The notes under the pieces are model-generated. The model did not search any database, was not told the DNA's origin, and was given only the letters and a program-made list of their open reading frames with translations. From Chiloscyllium plagiosum (taxonomy: Eukaryota): a stretch of DNA of 64,000 bases. The position numbers and the translations under genes were made by a program. Shown piece after piece: positions 1 through 12,454 of the stretch (its first letter is position 1; each line of letters begins with the position of its first letter). The stretch spans positions 104,038,342-104,102,341 of the forward strand of contig NC_057718.1 in assembly GCF_004010195.1 (NCBI RefSeq), written 5' to 3'.

Positions 1-2720
1 CTATAGTTCCCAGACTTCTCCTTACAGCCTTTCTTAAATAAAAACCCAACATTAGCCACCCTCCAGTCCTCCAGTACTTCACCTGTGGTGATAGATGGTA
101 CAATATTTCTGCTAAGGGACCCCATAATTTCCTCCTTAACCTCCTACAACAAACTCGGATATACCTGATCAGGACCTGGAGGTTTACTCACCTTAATGCT
201 TTCTAAGACCTCCGGCTCTTCCTCTTCCGTCATGTGAACTGTTTTCAAAACATCAATATTTATTTCCCTGAGTTCTCTAGCCTACGTTTCTTTCTCCACA
301 GTGAATATAGTTGCAAAATATTCATTTAATATCACTCCCATCTCCTGAGGTTCAGCATAAAGATGACCTCATTAATCTTTAAGGGTCTCTAGTCTTTTTC
401 TAAGTTCTCTTTTGCTCTTAACGTACTTGTAGAATCTCTTTGGATTATCCTTAACCTTATCTGTCAAGGCTTATCTCATATCCCCTCTTTGCCTTCATGA
501 TTTCCATCTTTAAAAGTGCCCCAATACTCTGTACTGTTATAAAGATTCATTTGATCCCAGTTGTCTATATCTAAGGTGTGATTCTTTTTTATTCTTGTTG
601 AGAACATCAATATCTTTATTTATTCATTGTTCCCTAATCTTACCAGCCTCACCTTACTCTAATGGGAACACAACGCCTCTGAAGTCTCATTATCACAGTT
701 CTGAAAGTCAGTTGTTCCTTTATCTGCGAATGATCTACTCCAATCAACTTTTGAAAGTTCTTATCTCATACTATTAAAATTTGCCTTACTCCAATTAAAA
801 TCTTTAATTTTTATGGAAGGCTTATCCTTTTTCATAACTATTTTAAAACTAATAGAATTATGATCACTAATCCCAATGTGTTCCCTACTAACACTTCATT
901 CATTTGCCCTGCCTTATTTCCCAAGAGAAGGTAAAGGGTTGCTCCTTCTCCAGTAGGAACATTTACATATTGATAAAGAAAATTATCTTGAACTCTTTTA
1001 ACAAATTCCTCATCATCCAAGCCTTTAACAATATTGCAGTCCTAGTCAATGTTTGAAGTATAAAAATCACAAATGATTACAACCTTATTATTCTTTAGAA
1101 AATCTGCAGTCTCTCTACATATTTGCTCCTCAATTTCCTTCTGAATTTTATGAGGCCCTATCGTACGATCAAGATGATCATCCCTTTGTCATTGCTAAGT
1201 TCTACCCATATATTTTCACTGGATGATCCTCTCTAATGACAGTAGTAATGTTTCCTTTATTCAAAAATGCCACACCGCCTCCTCTCTTGCCTCCCTTTCT
1301 CTCATTCCAATAGCATCTAAAACCTGGAACGCTGAGCTGTCCATCCTGTCCTTCCCTCAGCCAAGTTTCTGGACTAGCTATCCTGTCCTAGTCCCATGTT
1401 CCAATCCATGTCCTGAGTTCATCAGCCTTACCTGTAAGACCCCTTGCATTGAAATAAATGCAGTTTAAGTCTTCAGAGTTACCTCGGAGTTCTCTGACAT
1501 TCTCTTGTCTACCTTTTCTAATTGGCTTGTTCTTTTTAGAGTCAAAACCTTCTTCATCTGTCTCTCTATTTTCTCTGCTATTTAGGAACCCAATAGTTTC
1601 CAGGGTCCTGAAACAGAACTAGCAAATCTCCCCACGAGGACATCCGTCCCTTTCCAGTTTGGGTGAAACCCAACCTTTTAGAACAGGTCTTTTATATCCA
1701 AGAAGAGATCTCAATGATCCGAGAAACTGAATCCCCGCACATTTCACCACCTCACAATTTATGTCCTTTATCCTTTTATTCCTTCCTTCATTAGAACGTC
1801 GCACTAGCGTAAACCAGAGGTTACTACTTTTAATGTTCTGTTTTTTTAACCTTCCACCTAACCTCTTATACTCACTCTCCAAAGTCTTAACCCTTTCCCT
1901 AACTATGTCACTCCTACCAATATGTACAATAACTTCTGGTTTCTCACTCTCCCCTTTAACAATAAGCTCCAAATGTTTTGGCACCAGGAAAGCAATATAC
2001 TATCCTAGATTCACGCTCACTGCCACAGAATCTCCTGTTTGTGCCCATGACAGGAGAATCCCTTATCACAATTATTCTTTGAAATCTTGACAAACCCTAC
2101 TTACTGTAAGATTCATCCTTAATGCCCAAGATCTGACTGCCACTTATATTTTCATCTGAGAGATTATCCCCTTCAATAGTATCCGAAACTGAATCTCTGT
2201 TTGAGAGAGGAATAACCCACAAGAGACTTCTGAACTATCTTCCTACCTCTCCTGACATTGACCCATCTATCTGGCTGATCCTGATGTGCCGTCACTTCTG
2301 AAATTCTACTAGGTACCTAACTCCCTCAGTGACAATAAACCTAAAACGCAGCTCTCAATAGCACCTTATATATAAAAGAAACCACCCTTCCTTACCCACA
2401 AATTTTAACCTTAATCATGCAAAAGATTAAATAAAACTTAAAAACAAATCAAGCACTTAGCGTAAACAATCGAACCAAAACACCTCCTCCCCAAGTCCTC
2501 CCACTGTCAGCTTTTAATCTCCGGATAAAAAGAAATCTCTCTCCAGAGCCGTCCGCGAGTTGACCTCCTCACACGCTCCATAAGTAAAACAATCTCTATT
2601 TCTTCACATATACTTTTCGCGTAAATTTTTTTAAGAAGTTTCGAACATAAAATAAACCGTTCTCCTGATCGAAATTTGACAGACACGTGGAGGCCTCCCC
2701 CACACAAACTCCATTTGAAC
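1..2720 (-). mobile_element. Degenerate CR1 LINE, 5' half (5'UTR, ORF1 esterase domain, ORF2 endonuclease and linker)
   Basis: Minus-strand peptides match CR1 ORF1 SGNH esterase (VIRDS..GTNRRFCG; PEVIVHIGRSDI, ORF 1619..1984) and the ORF2 endonuclease C-terminus (EFVKRVQDNFLYQYVNVPTGEGATLYLLLGN, ORF 838..1020). The CpG-richer 2500-2720 stretch is the putative 5'UTR. Many stops and frameshifts. Confidence 0.8.
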
Positions 2721-2854
2721 AAAATATCTTTCCTTCTGCAAACAGGTTGGACGTTTCCCCTGGCAGTGGGGGTTCAGTCTCAGAATGTAAGGCAGGCCAT
2801 TTAAACAAACCTGAGGACAAAGTTGTTCATTCAGAGAATGCTGAGTCTGCGAAT

Positions 2855-3045
2855 TCCAGCTCAATTGGCTGGATGGCTGGTTCGTAACATTCAGAGTGAC
2901 ACCAACTGTGTCGGTTCAATTGAAGCTACTGTGAAGGGCCCACTGTCTCCAGTTTTCCCCTGAGGTGTGGTGCATCTCAGGTTAAAACATCCCCAGTCAT
3001 TGCTCTCTATTGAGAGAGCAGCCCTGTGGGGCAACATTGTGATAA
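2855..3045 (+). mobile_element. tRNA-derived SINE (family B)
   Basis: A-box/B-box-like head (agctcaattggctgg ... ggttcaatt) and body cctgaggtgtggtg..ctcaggttaaa..ccagtcat, shared with the copies at 19770-19930 and 54960-55160. Confidence 0.65.
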
Positions 3046-3230
3046 ATCTGCCCACCCCCAGAAGGCTATGATAGCTCAGTGATTGAGTGTGTTCAAGAGA
3101 GCGTTTGATAGTTACTAATGACATCAAAGGATATGGGGATAGCACAGGAATATGGTTTTCAGGGAGATATTCTAGAATGGCTCAGCAGGCTTGAAGGGCT
3201 GAATGGCCTACTCCTGTTCTTCTGTTCCTA

Positions 3231-3536
3231 GCAAGCTCTCACAAATGGCAATGCAATAACGATCAGGCGATTTATTTGTTGTGATGTTGAATGAGGAGTT
3301 AATTTGATCAGGTACAACTCTTCATATTTTCTTTGACATGTAATGTGGGAATTTTTGCAGCCACTTGAGAGGGCATATGTGTTTACTGTCTATCAGACAG
3401 AGGGCAGCTCAGACAATGCAGCACTCCCTCTGTACTACACTGCAATGTCAACCTGAACTTCTGTGCTCAAGTTCTGGAGTGAGACATGACCTCAGAGCTT
3501 TCTAACTCAGAGGCACATGGCTACCAACTGAGCAAC
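3231..3536 (-). mobile_element. Deu-domain SINE (SacSINE1/AmnSINE-like)
   Basis: Reverse complement contains a tRNA-like head, gtacagagggagtgctgcattgtc and the Deu-like core ending attgccatttgtgagagcttgc. Confidence 0.7.
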
Positions 3537-4827
3537 AATTGAGAAGTACACTTTTGATTTTACTGCGGGTACAGATAGAGCCAAGTGCAATGTGTGCTCC
3601 TGCTCCCCATTAACACGACGGACAACAAAACCTTTATACCATCTATATTCAACTAAATCACACGCAGTATGTGCTCGCTGCTCATGTAGGCCTGTTTAAT
3701 ACTCACTGAATGAGCATGAGCCTTTGTTTTAAATTATTCATCTTTTGTTATTTTCAAAATTAAACAGACCTCTGGATAATAATAGACAAAAGGCAACTTA
3801 TTGGAATTAATCATAAAACAGGACAGACTGTACAAGCACAAATTATATCAGGGCATTGCCAGCCAATTGTTTCCAGTGGGATTTACTCTGCAAATCCAGC
3901 TACATAAAAAAATCGCAACTAAAGTAAATGGTGCAAACTCACTTTGAGAATAGTTACTGGGCTGAAACATTCCCTTAAAAAAAGAAACACACTGTGTAAT
4001 CAATATTACAGCAATTCCCGTTTTATGTTTTGATGTGTTAATTTTACAACTTGACATTATCCCGAACTTCAACTACCCTTAAGCAGTCCCATAATAACTT
4101 TACTCAACCAGTTCTAATTGTAATTATATTTTGAATTTCTTTTAGAGCATAAAGCTCTTTATCAATCATGCTGTTTGACATGAAACTGCTTCATTACAGC
4201 TACACTTCGTTAGTCTAGGCAATGCTAATGAAGCAACCCCACAATCAGACAAAATCATGCTGAAGGAAGTGTGCATCATTAGTTCCAGCCTTAATCATCA
4301 AGAAATCCTAGTTCTTAATGATGATGCTCCATTTCCTGACACAGCTCATGCACTCATTGAAATCATCTGACTTAATAATGCGACAGGGCTGCAGGAAGAA
4401 ACAGGGCTAATGCAGTTTATAATACACAGCTAAACAGGCAGTATTACCAAAGACACTGTGCTTCTATCTTGCAAATGCATTAGAGAGTCTTTCTGATGTC
4501 AGACAGTACACATGGAATGAATCATTACCATCAAGACCAATACAACAATAGAGGATTTCCAGAACTGGAAACCACTCAGTGGCTGAGATGACATCATAAA
4601 CCACAAGAACAATCATCTCGACTTAAATATATCTCAGAGTTTCCTCCGGCCCTGCACAAAGATCAGAGTGGCTGTTCCTTACTTTCAGAGAAAAGCCTCA
4701 CATTAGGGACGATTGATCACTGTAGCATACCAGCTGTTTGAAAGAAGACCTTACATTCATTTCAGTCATGATACATTCCAATATTTTGATGTTGACATGA
4801 CAAGGCTACTGACTCTCCAACACTCTC

Positions 4828-5122
4828 GGCACGATGGCTCAGTGGTTAGCACTACCAACTCAAAGCACCAGCGTCCCAAGTTGGATTCCAGCCTCGGGTG
4901 ACTGTCTGTGTGGAGTTTGCACATTCTCCCCGTGTATGCATGGGTTTCCTCCGGGTGCTCCGGTTTCCACCCACAGTCCAAAGATGTGCAGGTCAGGTGA
5001 ATTGGCCATGCTAAATTGCCCATAGCGTTAGGTGCATTAGTCGGAGGAAAATGGGTCTGGGTGGGTTACTGTTCGGAGGGTCGGTGTGGACTGGTTTCCA
5101 CACTAGTGAATCTAATCTAATC
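4828..5122 (+). mobile_element. HE1/V-SINE
   Basis: Head ggcacgatggctcagtggttagcac, V-domain ctgtctgtgtggagtttgcacattctccccgtg...ccggtttcc, (AATCT)n tail. Confidence 0.9.
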
Positions 5123-5403
5123 AAAAAAATACTCCCCAGGAGAATAATAAAGTGGAAAAAAAAACAAGACATGCACTCTGGAGTTCCAAAATGAAATGAA
5201 GTGCTGGAGAATTGGCAGGTTCTGTGGTGGTAGAGTTACATTTCAAGTCTGATCTTGAGCGTAACGTTATGGATGACCTGTCATTTCTCCTGACCTCATT
5301 TTTGAGGGAGCATCATGGACTTGCACTGGACTTGTGCCACACTTCAGAACGGAGGAAGTCACATCGGATTGGAAAAGTTAATCCTGTCTCCCACTCTCTG
5401 CAG

Positions 5404-5710
5404 ATCATAGAACCTCGACAATGTGCAGCAGGCAATTCAGCCCATCGAGTCCTCACCAACACTCTAAAGAGCATCCTGCCCTATCCCTGCATTCCCCATG
5501 ACTAATTCATCTAAGATTGCACATCTTTGGAAATGGGGTGAAAGCAGAGCACCCAGTGTGAACCCACACAGACACAGGGAGAACATGGAAACTCCACACA
5601 GACACAGGGAGAACATAGAAACTCCACACAGACAGTCACCCGAAGGTGGACTTGAACCCAGGTCCCTGTGGCTGTGAGGCAGCAGTGCTAACCACTGAGC
5701 CACCGTGCTG
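5404..5710 (-). mobile_element. HE1/V-SINE with internal 30-bp tandem duplication
   Basis: Reverse complement of the SINE head (gtgctaaccactgagccaccgtg) and V-domain; ccacacagacacagggagaacat(g/a)gaaact occurs twice. Confidence 0.88.
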
Positions 5711-6499
5711 TCCTTTATACTGGCAGGAATGCTGGGTTTCTTCAGCATTGTCTACCTTAGTCTCTGTATTCACTAGACCACAGGCATCACCTCCCAATCC
5801 GCATCAGGAGTGTAGAAGCAGCAAACAGCAAGTTTGAGTAGTAAATCTGTGCTATTCGAAAGATGGTTTAAGAATTGGCCTATTGAAAGGAAGCAATTCT
5901 GTGCATTCATGTCAATCTATGGAGGACCACTGTTAGGAATGGCCAAGACAGTTGCTGCCACTTTTACAGCTACATATTTTTGACCTGGATTGAGGAGTAC
6001 GCAGCACATTGTACACATTCCCCAGTGACAGGGTGGGCAAGAGAGAAAGGGGAGAAAGGTTGGGGTGCAGTGAACAGAACGTTCTAAAGAAACAGCTGCA
6101 GACAGTGGGACAGAATATAGTGCCATGGTAACGTTACTGAGTGAGGGAGCCCAGACTGATAGTTCACGGGTTCAAATCCTCCTATATACCAGTTCATGGA
6201 TTTCAAATTGCAGGGATAATCCTGCACAATTGTATAGCTACTCATCAGCAATTGGTAACTAAAACAACTATCAGTGAATTGTTGTAAAACTTACCTGGTC
6301 TGACCTAGATGCGATTCTGTGGTTTACTCTAAACAGGCTGAGCAATCCAAAAGGAAAAAAAAACATAAAACTTGTAAAAGGCACATATTGAGTGGACTTG
6401 ATTTGTATTCTTCAAAATGCAGTTCCCCTACATTCATTGCTAAGCATCACTGTTTTCCCAGTCTGGGAAGTCACTCAATTCAAAGGGCGATTTAGGATG

Positions 6500-7225
6500 G
6501 ACAGCAGATTGAGAAACTCAAAGAATGTTGTCAGGAAAGTTTCTTGAAGCAGCATCTTTTGGAGCTGACCAGAGAGCAGGGGCTACTATACCTGGTACTC
6601 TGTAACAAGATAGGATCTCATAGTGAAGGCACCTCTAGGAAGCAGCAACAATAGCGTAATAGTTTGAGGGAGAGATGAGTGAGCCAGACATTTAAATATG
6701 GGCTATTATGAGAACATGAAAGCAGAGCTGACTTAAGTGAATTGGCAAATTAGGCTAAAGGAGAGGTCAATAGAGATGTGGTGGCAGATATTGAAGGGAT
6801 ATTTCAGAGTAGACACATTCCAAAGAGAATGAAAAGTTCTAAGGAACTTCATTCATCATCTATGGTTAACTAGGAATGTTAAAAGTCATATCAAACTGAA
6901 AGAAAAAGTATACTATTTTGCAAAGATAGGTGAAAGGTCAGAAGGTTGGACAGAATATAAACAAAACTTAGAATTATGAAAAATTAATAAGAAAAGAAAA
7001 ACAAAAGTATGAGACAAAGCTAGCAAAAAATATTTTCAAAGGTTAGCAGGAGTTTCTGTAAATATTTTAGAAAGAAAAAGTTAACAAAATGAGTATTGGT
7101 CTCATGGAAAGTGAATCTGGAGAATTAATTGTGAAAAATAAAGAATGGGAGATGAACTGAGCAGGTATTTTGCAAGTAACATTCCAAAAGTAACTACAAA
7201 TCAGGTTGTTTAAGGGAGAGAGGAA
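6500..7225 (+). mobile_element. Old CR1 ORF2 fragment (endonuclease C-terminus/linker)
   Basis: Degenerate CR1-type motifs (FLKQH...REQG..LYLVLCN; ELSRYFAS) with many stops. Confidence 0.6.
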
Positions 7226-7426
7226 CTCTCTCTCTCTTTCTCTCTAATCAGAGAGCAGCCCTGGGGCTCTCTGGGACTGCTGCCTGTGTAATCTAATGGA
7301 TAAACCACCTGAATTTCATTGGCCACCTATTGTCATCAGAAAATCAGTCAGTTCTAATCCTGCTCCAGTTATTCCACCCACATAAATGTGGTTCAACTAA
7401 TCCAAAACTCTGCAGGGATTGTAGGA

Positions 7427-7535
7427 GGGTCTTTGTGTTGCAGGTGGTGGTGTCCCCATCTGTGAGGTCTGGGTTCAGGCCCTACCTGCTCCAGGGTGAT
7501 TAATAACCCCTCTAAACCTGTTGATTTGAAAATAT
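7427..7535 (+). mobile_element. Short (~110 bp) tRNA-derived SINE (family D)
   Basis: tRNA-like head with gggttca B-box and tail ataac..ctctaaac..gttgatt..aaaata, shared with 45300-45567 and 59382-59490. Confidence 0.55.
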
Positions 7536-7544
7536 AAATGTAAG

Positions 7545-7825
7545 GTGGAATTGTGGCTCAGTGGTTAACACTGCTGCCACACAGCGCTAGGAACCTGGGT
7601 TCAATTCCACCCTTAGGTAAATGTCTGTGTGGAGTTTACATGCTCTACCGATGTTTATGTGGGTTTCTACTGGGTGCTCCAGTTTCCTCCCACAGACCAA
7701 AGATGTGCAGGTTTGGTGGATTAGCCATGGGAAGGGAAGGGGGTTGGGGTCTGGGTGGGATGCTCTTTTCGGGTTGGTGTGGACTCGATGGGCTGAATGG
7801 CCTATTTCCACACTGTAGGGGATTC
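7545..7825 (+). mobile_element. HE1/V-SINE
   Basis: gtggctcagtggttaacactgctgcc head, V-domain, CR1-like 3' tail. Confidence 0.88.
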
Positions 7826-7940
7826 TTTGAAACTGTTTTGGCAGCAGACCTAAGTCTCTGAGGTTTGTCACAGTGTGTTTTGTGAAATAGTTTGTGTGTT
7901 GGATGGGGTTGGCTAGTGATGTCGATAATCTCTGAAACAG

Positions 7941-8069
7941 GCTGTGGTCCCACAACTGGCACAGTTGGTAAAACAAACCTCAAATCATCCTCGGATAGTG
8001 GGGTTGGAGTTTCTGCTGGCTGCTCTCTGGCTCCTTTGCAGAGGACTGAAGACATGATGTCAATAAATG
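7941..8069 (+). CDS. Candidate internal coding exon (129 nt, phase 1-1) of an unidentified gene
   Basis: Acceptor tctgaaacag| (weak polypyrimidine tract), consensus donor ATG|gtgagt, length a multiple of 3, open frame GCGPTTGTVGKTNLKSSSDSGVGVSAGCSLAPLQRTEDMMSING, unique non-repeat sequence. Peptide not recognised. Confidence 0.4.
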
Positions 8070-8814
8070 GTGAGTGGGGCCGCAATGGACAGCCCCTCGA
8101 TCCTGAAGTACATTCTGTTTCTGGGCCGCACTCCTATTGTGCACGTGAACGAGACGGCAATGAGGTGTTTCCAGTAAATGAGATAGCGTCCTGTATCACA
8201 GTGAGAAGCAAAGTAATTCCACACGCCTTCTGCTGATTCCAAACCAGCATCCAATTCCCAGCAGAACCTTAAGCACATCTTTTAAATGAACCTTCGAACG
8301 TAGCCTGCTGTTGACTGTCATTTCACAGATGGGTGTGAATTATTACCTTCAGCTCCGACACGTGCTAACATTGTGTCTGTGGACACTAGGACGAACAGTG
8401 AAGCTAAAACCACAAAAAAAAATCTTTCTCATTTGAACAGAGAAATTACATCAATAGATTGAATTCTGGACTCTGAGCAGAGGGATCTACCTGTAACGTA
8501 GTGTCCTGGGAAATTTAATATCATGCAATTTTCTATGTTTTAAGGCTCATAAGATGAAATTGAATCATTTTTGAAAGGAGCGTGAGGATAATGAGAATGT
8601 AAGGTGCTGTCTTACAGCTCTTCAAATGCTACAGAAAGAAATAAACACCTTTGGATGGGATTTGTTTTCACTGGAGACCTCCAATAGCCCCCAGCCAAAC
8701 AGGAGAGGAGATATTCCCACACAAAGAAATTAACTGTTCTCATCAGTGATCTCTCCTCCCTCTCCATCATCTCTGATCTCCGTACACTTGGCCTACCTAT
8801 TTCCATGGAGATAA

Positions 8815-10640
8815 ATGGACTTCTGAAATAGGAGCAGAAATAGGCCATTCGGCCTGTCAAACCCGCTCCAGTATTCTATAGGTTCATGGCTAATCTGTTT
8901 GTATTGTGAGTTCCACATTCCCATTCCCATCATGATCCCAGACTCCCTGGCCTAATAAAAATCTCTCCAACTCCTCCTTAAAAGTATTCAATGACCCACT
9001 TTCCCACTGCCTTCTCGGGCAGAGTGTCCCAAAACTCACATAGCCCTCTGAGAGAAAGAAAAACAACACTTCATCTCAGTCCAAAAAAAGTGACTTCTCA
9101 TTTTATAACAGTGCTTGCTCACCAGAGGAACCACATCCACCTTGTTAAAGCCTTTCAGGAACTTATACACTTCAACCAAGTCACTCCCCTCACTCTCCCA
9201 ACCTCTCTGTTCATTTTCAGAACGTGCTGTTCTAAGAAACTGCTTTGAAAACATTGTTTAGACTCCTCATCCAGGCTGTTACTGGCAATCTGACTTTTTT
9301 TCCAGTTTATTTGTAAAGTTACCCATGATTATTACTATCTCTTTCTCACAAGCATCCACTAATCCATCTTGTACTCTTTGCCACATCGTCTACCCGTGGT
9401 ATTTTGTGGTTACTGTTCAGGGATCTATAAACCACTCCCAGCGTAGAGTCCCTGCTATTTCTCATCTCCATGTAAACTGATTTATATTCTGATCTCCTGA
9501 ACCAGAGTCATGTCTAACTGTTGCACAAAGACAATCATTAATTAACAGTGCTACCCCTTTACCTCGGTTGTTATTCTTTAATGCCATTTACCCCATAATG
9601 TTCAGGATCTAATCCTTTGGCATCTTGCAGCCCTGTTTCCGTGATGGCTATCAGATCATACTTATTTATATTAATATGTACCATCAATTCATTTCCTTAG
9701 CTCTGAATGTTATGTACATTCAGACATAGAGCCTTTAGCTTTTCGTTTAGCTCTCTTTGCAACATATCTTCTGATCTCTTAAAATCTTGAATCATTGATG
9801 GATTTTTGCCACACATAGTCTTACTGTGACCTTTCAGACAGTGGACACAGTGGAGAATTGAATCGAATGTCAATATTTAACTGGAATTATAACAATTGTC
9901 AAAGGATTTTAAATTGTGGTTAGACTTTGTTCAGATCTCCCCTTAACCTGCTAACTCATGAGGAAACCTTTGTATAATCTTTACTCGTAAGGTAACCCCT
10001 GAGATCCAGGTCTCATTCTTGCAAACCTACATTTTGTTGCCTCCATGGTCATTATCTCCTTCCTAAGGTGTGGTGCTCAGATCTGCTTACAGTACCCAAC
10101 GTGGGGTCTGACCAGGATTTGTACAGCTGCAGCATAACCTCCTCCAACCTTCGACTCCTGTCCTTGAGATATACAGGCCAGCATTCCATTTGCTTTCTTG
10201 ATAATTTTCTGCACCTGTTTGTGGCATTTTAAGGATCAATGCCTCTGAATCCCCTAAATGTCATTGGACATCCACTGTCTTTAACTTCACACCAACATGA
10301 AAGTAACCTCATCTGTCCTTTTTCAGTCCAAAACAGATAATCTCCCACTGTCTTGCATTTAACTCCACCTGCCACTGTTTTGCCCATTCACCTAGTCTAT
10401 CAATATCCCTTTGCAACTCTCATCTACACTGTCAACAATGCAGCCTAACCTTCCATCCACAGCAAATTTAGATCAATAGCTTTCTACATCGTTATCCAAA
10501 TGGTTAATAAATAATGTAAATAATTGAGGCTCTAACACAGATGCTTATGGGACACCCACTGGTCACATCCTGCCAGTTTGAGTCCCAGTCCATTATCCCT
10601 ATTTTCTGTTGCCTGCTCCTCAATCAATCCCTCAGTAATA
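8815..10640 (-). mobile_element. Cluster of old CR1 fragments (3' end, endonuclease region, RT region)
   Basis: ORF 9036..9254 (SDLVEVYKFLKGFNKVDV) is CR1 ORF2 C-terminus; RT-region remnants at ~9920-10640. Confidence 0.65.
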
Positions 10641-11598
10641 GGTAATGTCAGTAATGAGTAGGTTGCTTCTGAAATCCAGATTCTACATTGGACACCACAT
10701 GTGAGCAGTTGAATTGGCCGTAAATAGCATTAAAGATGGAATAATTGACATTAGAGAGTGAAGTACAAAGCTGCAATCTAATCTCAGAGTACAAAGTGTA
10801 CCAAAATAACAAGAGAAAAGCTTGAGCAGTTTATAACAGCATCTGAATCCCAAAATTAGATTCCAACCTTGCAATTTCTCCTGAAGTTTATCATTTATCA
10901 TTTAAATTTATCAATTTAAATTAAGGCTATGACTCAGACGTTCTGAGTGTATTTGCAGATCAAGAGGCTATCTAACAAACTGAGATAACACAGTGTGCTG
11001 CCCACAGCAGGGAGCTCCATTTGTCCGCACTGTCTGAATGGTTGCAGATTAATGTAGTTTCATCTAGGGGACAGTTGAGCCTCAATGTTACATTTTTGAT
11101 CATCAGGGGTCTCTGAAGTATGAAGAGGAAGAGCTGAGAGGATGGAAAACAAGGTGAGAGAGTTCAAGTTGTAGGAGAGGGGGACTTTTTCAAGGTAAGA
11201 GTTTCAGACTACTACATCACACAGAAAGACCTTCCTGTGATTTTCATTCTCTCCACAGGAAGAGGGAAGACCCAACAGTCCCTGAGAAGCCACACTGGTA
11301 TCTCCAAGGACAGGATGAAGCTGGAGTGTACAGAGGTAATGAAAACATGCAGTGCCCTAGCATCACTGCCAGAACCTGGGCATAGCTTCATTAACATCGC
11401 AAGTAGCAATGAGTGAGCTGTTATTCCAACCCCCTCAAAATAGGCTTACACAACCCATACTGGCCACTCCTCAACACTCTCAACAATTCAATTAGCTTGA
11501 TCTTTTGAAAAATTGCAACACCTCCCATTCACATTCCAAATACACTCCCCTCATCTCTCCCTCCCTCCCTTTCACATTCCAAACACACTCCCCTCATC

Positions 11599-12255
11599 TT
11601 TTTGTCATTTACATAAATGATTTGGATGCGAGCATAAGAGGTACAGTTAGTAAGTTTGCAGTTGACACTAAAATTGGAGGTGTAGTGGACAGTGAAGAGG
11701 GTTACCTCAGATTACAATAGGATCTTGACCAGATGGGCCAATGAGCTGAGAAGTGGCAGATGGTATTTTTAATGTTGTCATTCTAGTTAAGCATAGAAAA
11801 ATTGGTCTGTTTTCTGTTATTTTGGACAGATAACTTGAGACTCTGCATACTTTTGACAATTTTTTTTAACTTTGTGATGACTCCAGGAAAAACTAGGCAT
11901 TATTTCAAGTGCACTAATCCAGTGGGGCATGACAAATTAAATTGGCTTTGTGCACATTTAAGTCTCAGAATCCAGTTCCATGAGGAATTTCTCATGCTTT
12001 AAGAAAAAATGCTTCAGTTAATTATGAAAGTCAATGAATCTGTTGGCTTCTTAAATCAGGGGCGCTTTATTACGTGGAGGCTGGTACAATTGCGACATTT
12101 AAGAGGCATTTGGATGGGTATATGAATAGGAAGGGTTTGGAGGGATATGGGCCAGGTGCTGGCAGGTGGGACTAGATTGAGTTGGGATATCTGGTCGGCA
12201 TGGACGGGTTGGACCAAAGGGTTTGTTTCCATGCTGTACATCTCTATGACTCTAT
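11599..12255 (+). mobile_element. Chimeric 5'-truncated young CR1 (RT fragment + ~310 bp non-CR1 filler + 3' end)
   Basis: FVIYINDLDASIRGTVSKFAVDTKIGGVVDSEEG at 11599-11763; 3' end with ctctatgactct tail at 12074-12255. Confidence 0.8.
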
Positions 12256-12454
12256 CTCTCCCTCCCTCCCTTTCACATTCCAAACACACTCCCCATATCT
12301 CTCCCCCTTTTTCTCTTCCACATTTGAAACACATTCCTGTCTATTCTCTGTGGCCCTGATGGTTTTCATTCCCTCAGCATGTGCAGAACTGCCTCCAGTC
12401 AAGTCAGCAGGGTTTGGATGTGGTCGGTGGTGTTTGGGGTGGCAAAAAGGGGAC

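Noticed and set aside
7645..8403. Minus-strand ORFs (146 aa, 72 aa) and an acceptor-like site near 8404
   Set aside because: The ORF runs into a SINE, the peptides are unrecognised and all frames after the acceptor stop quickly.
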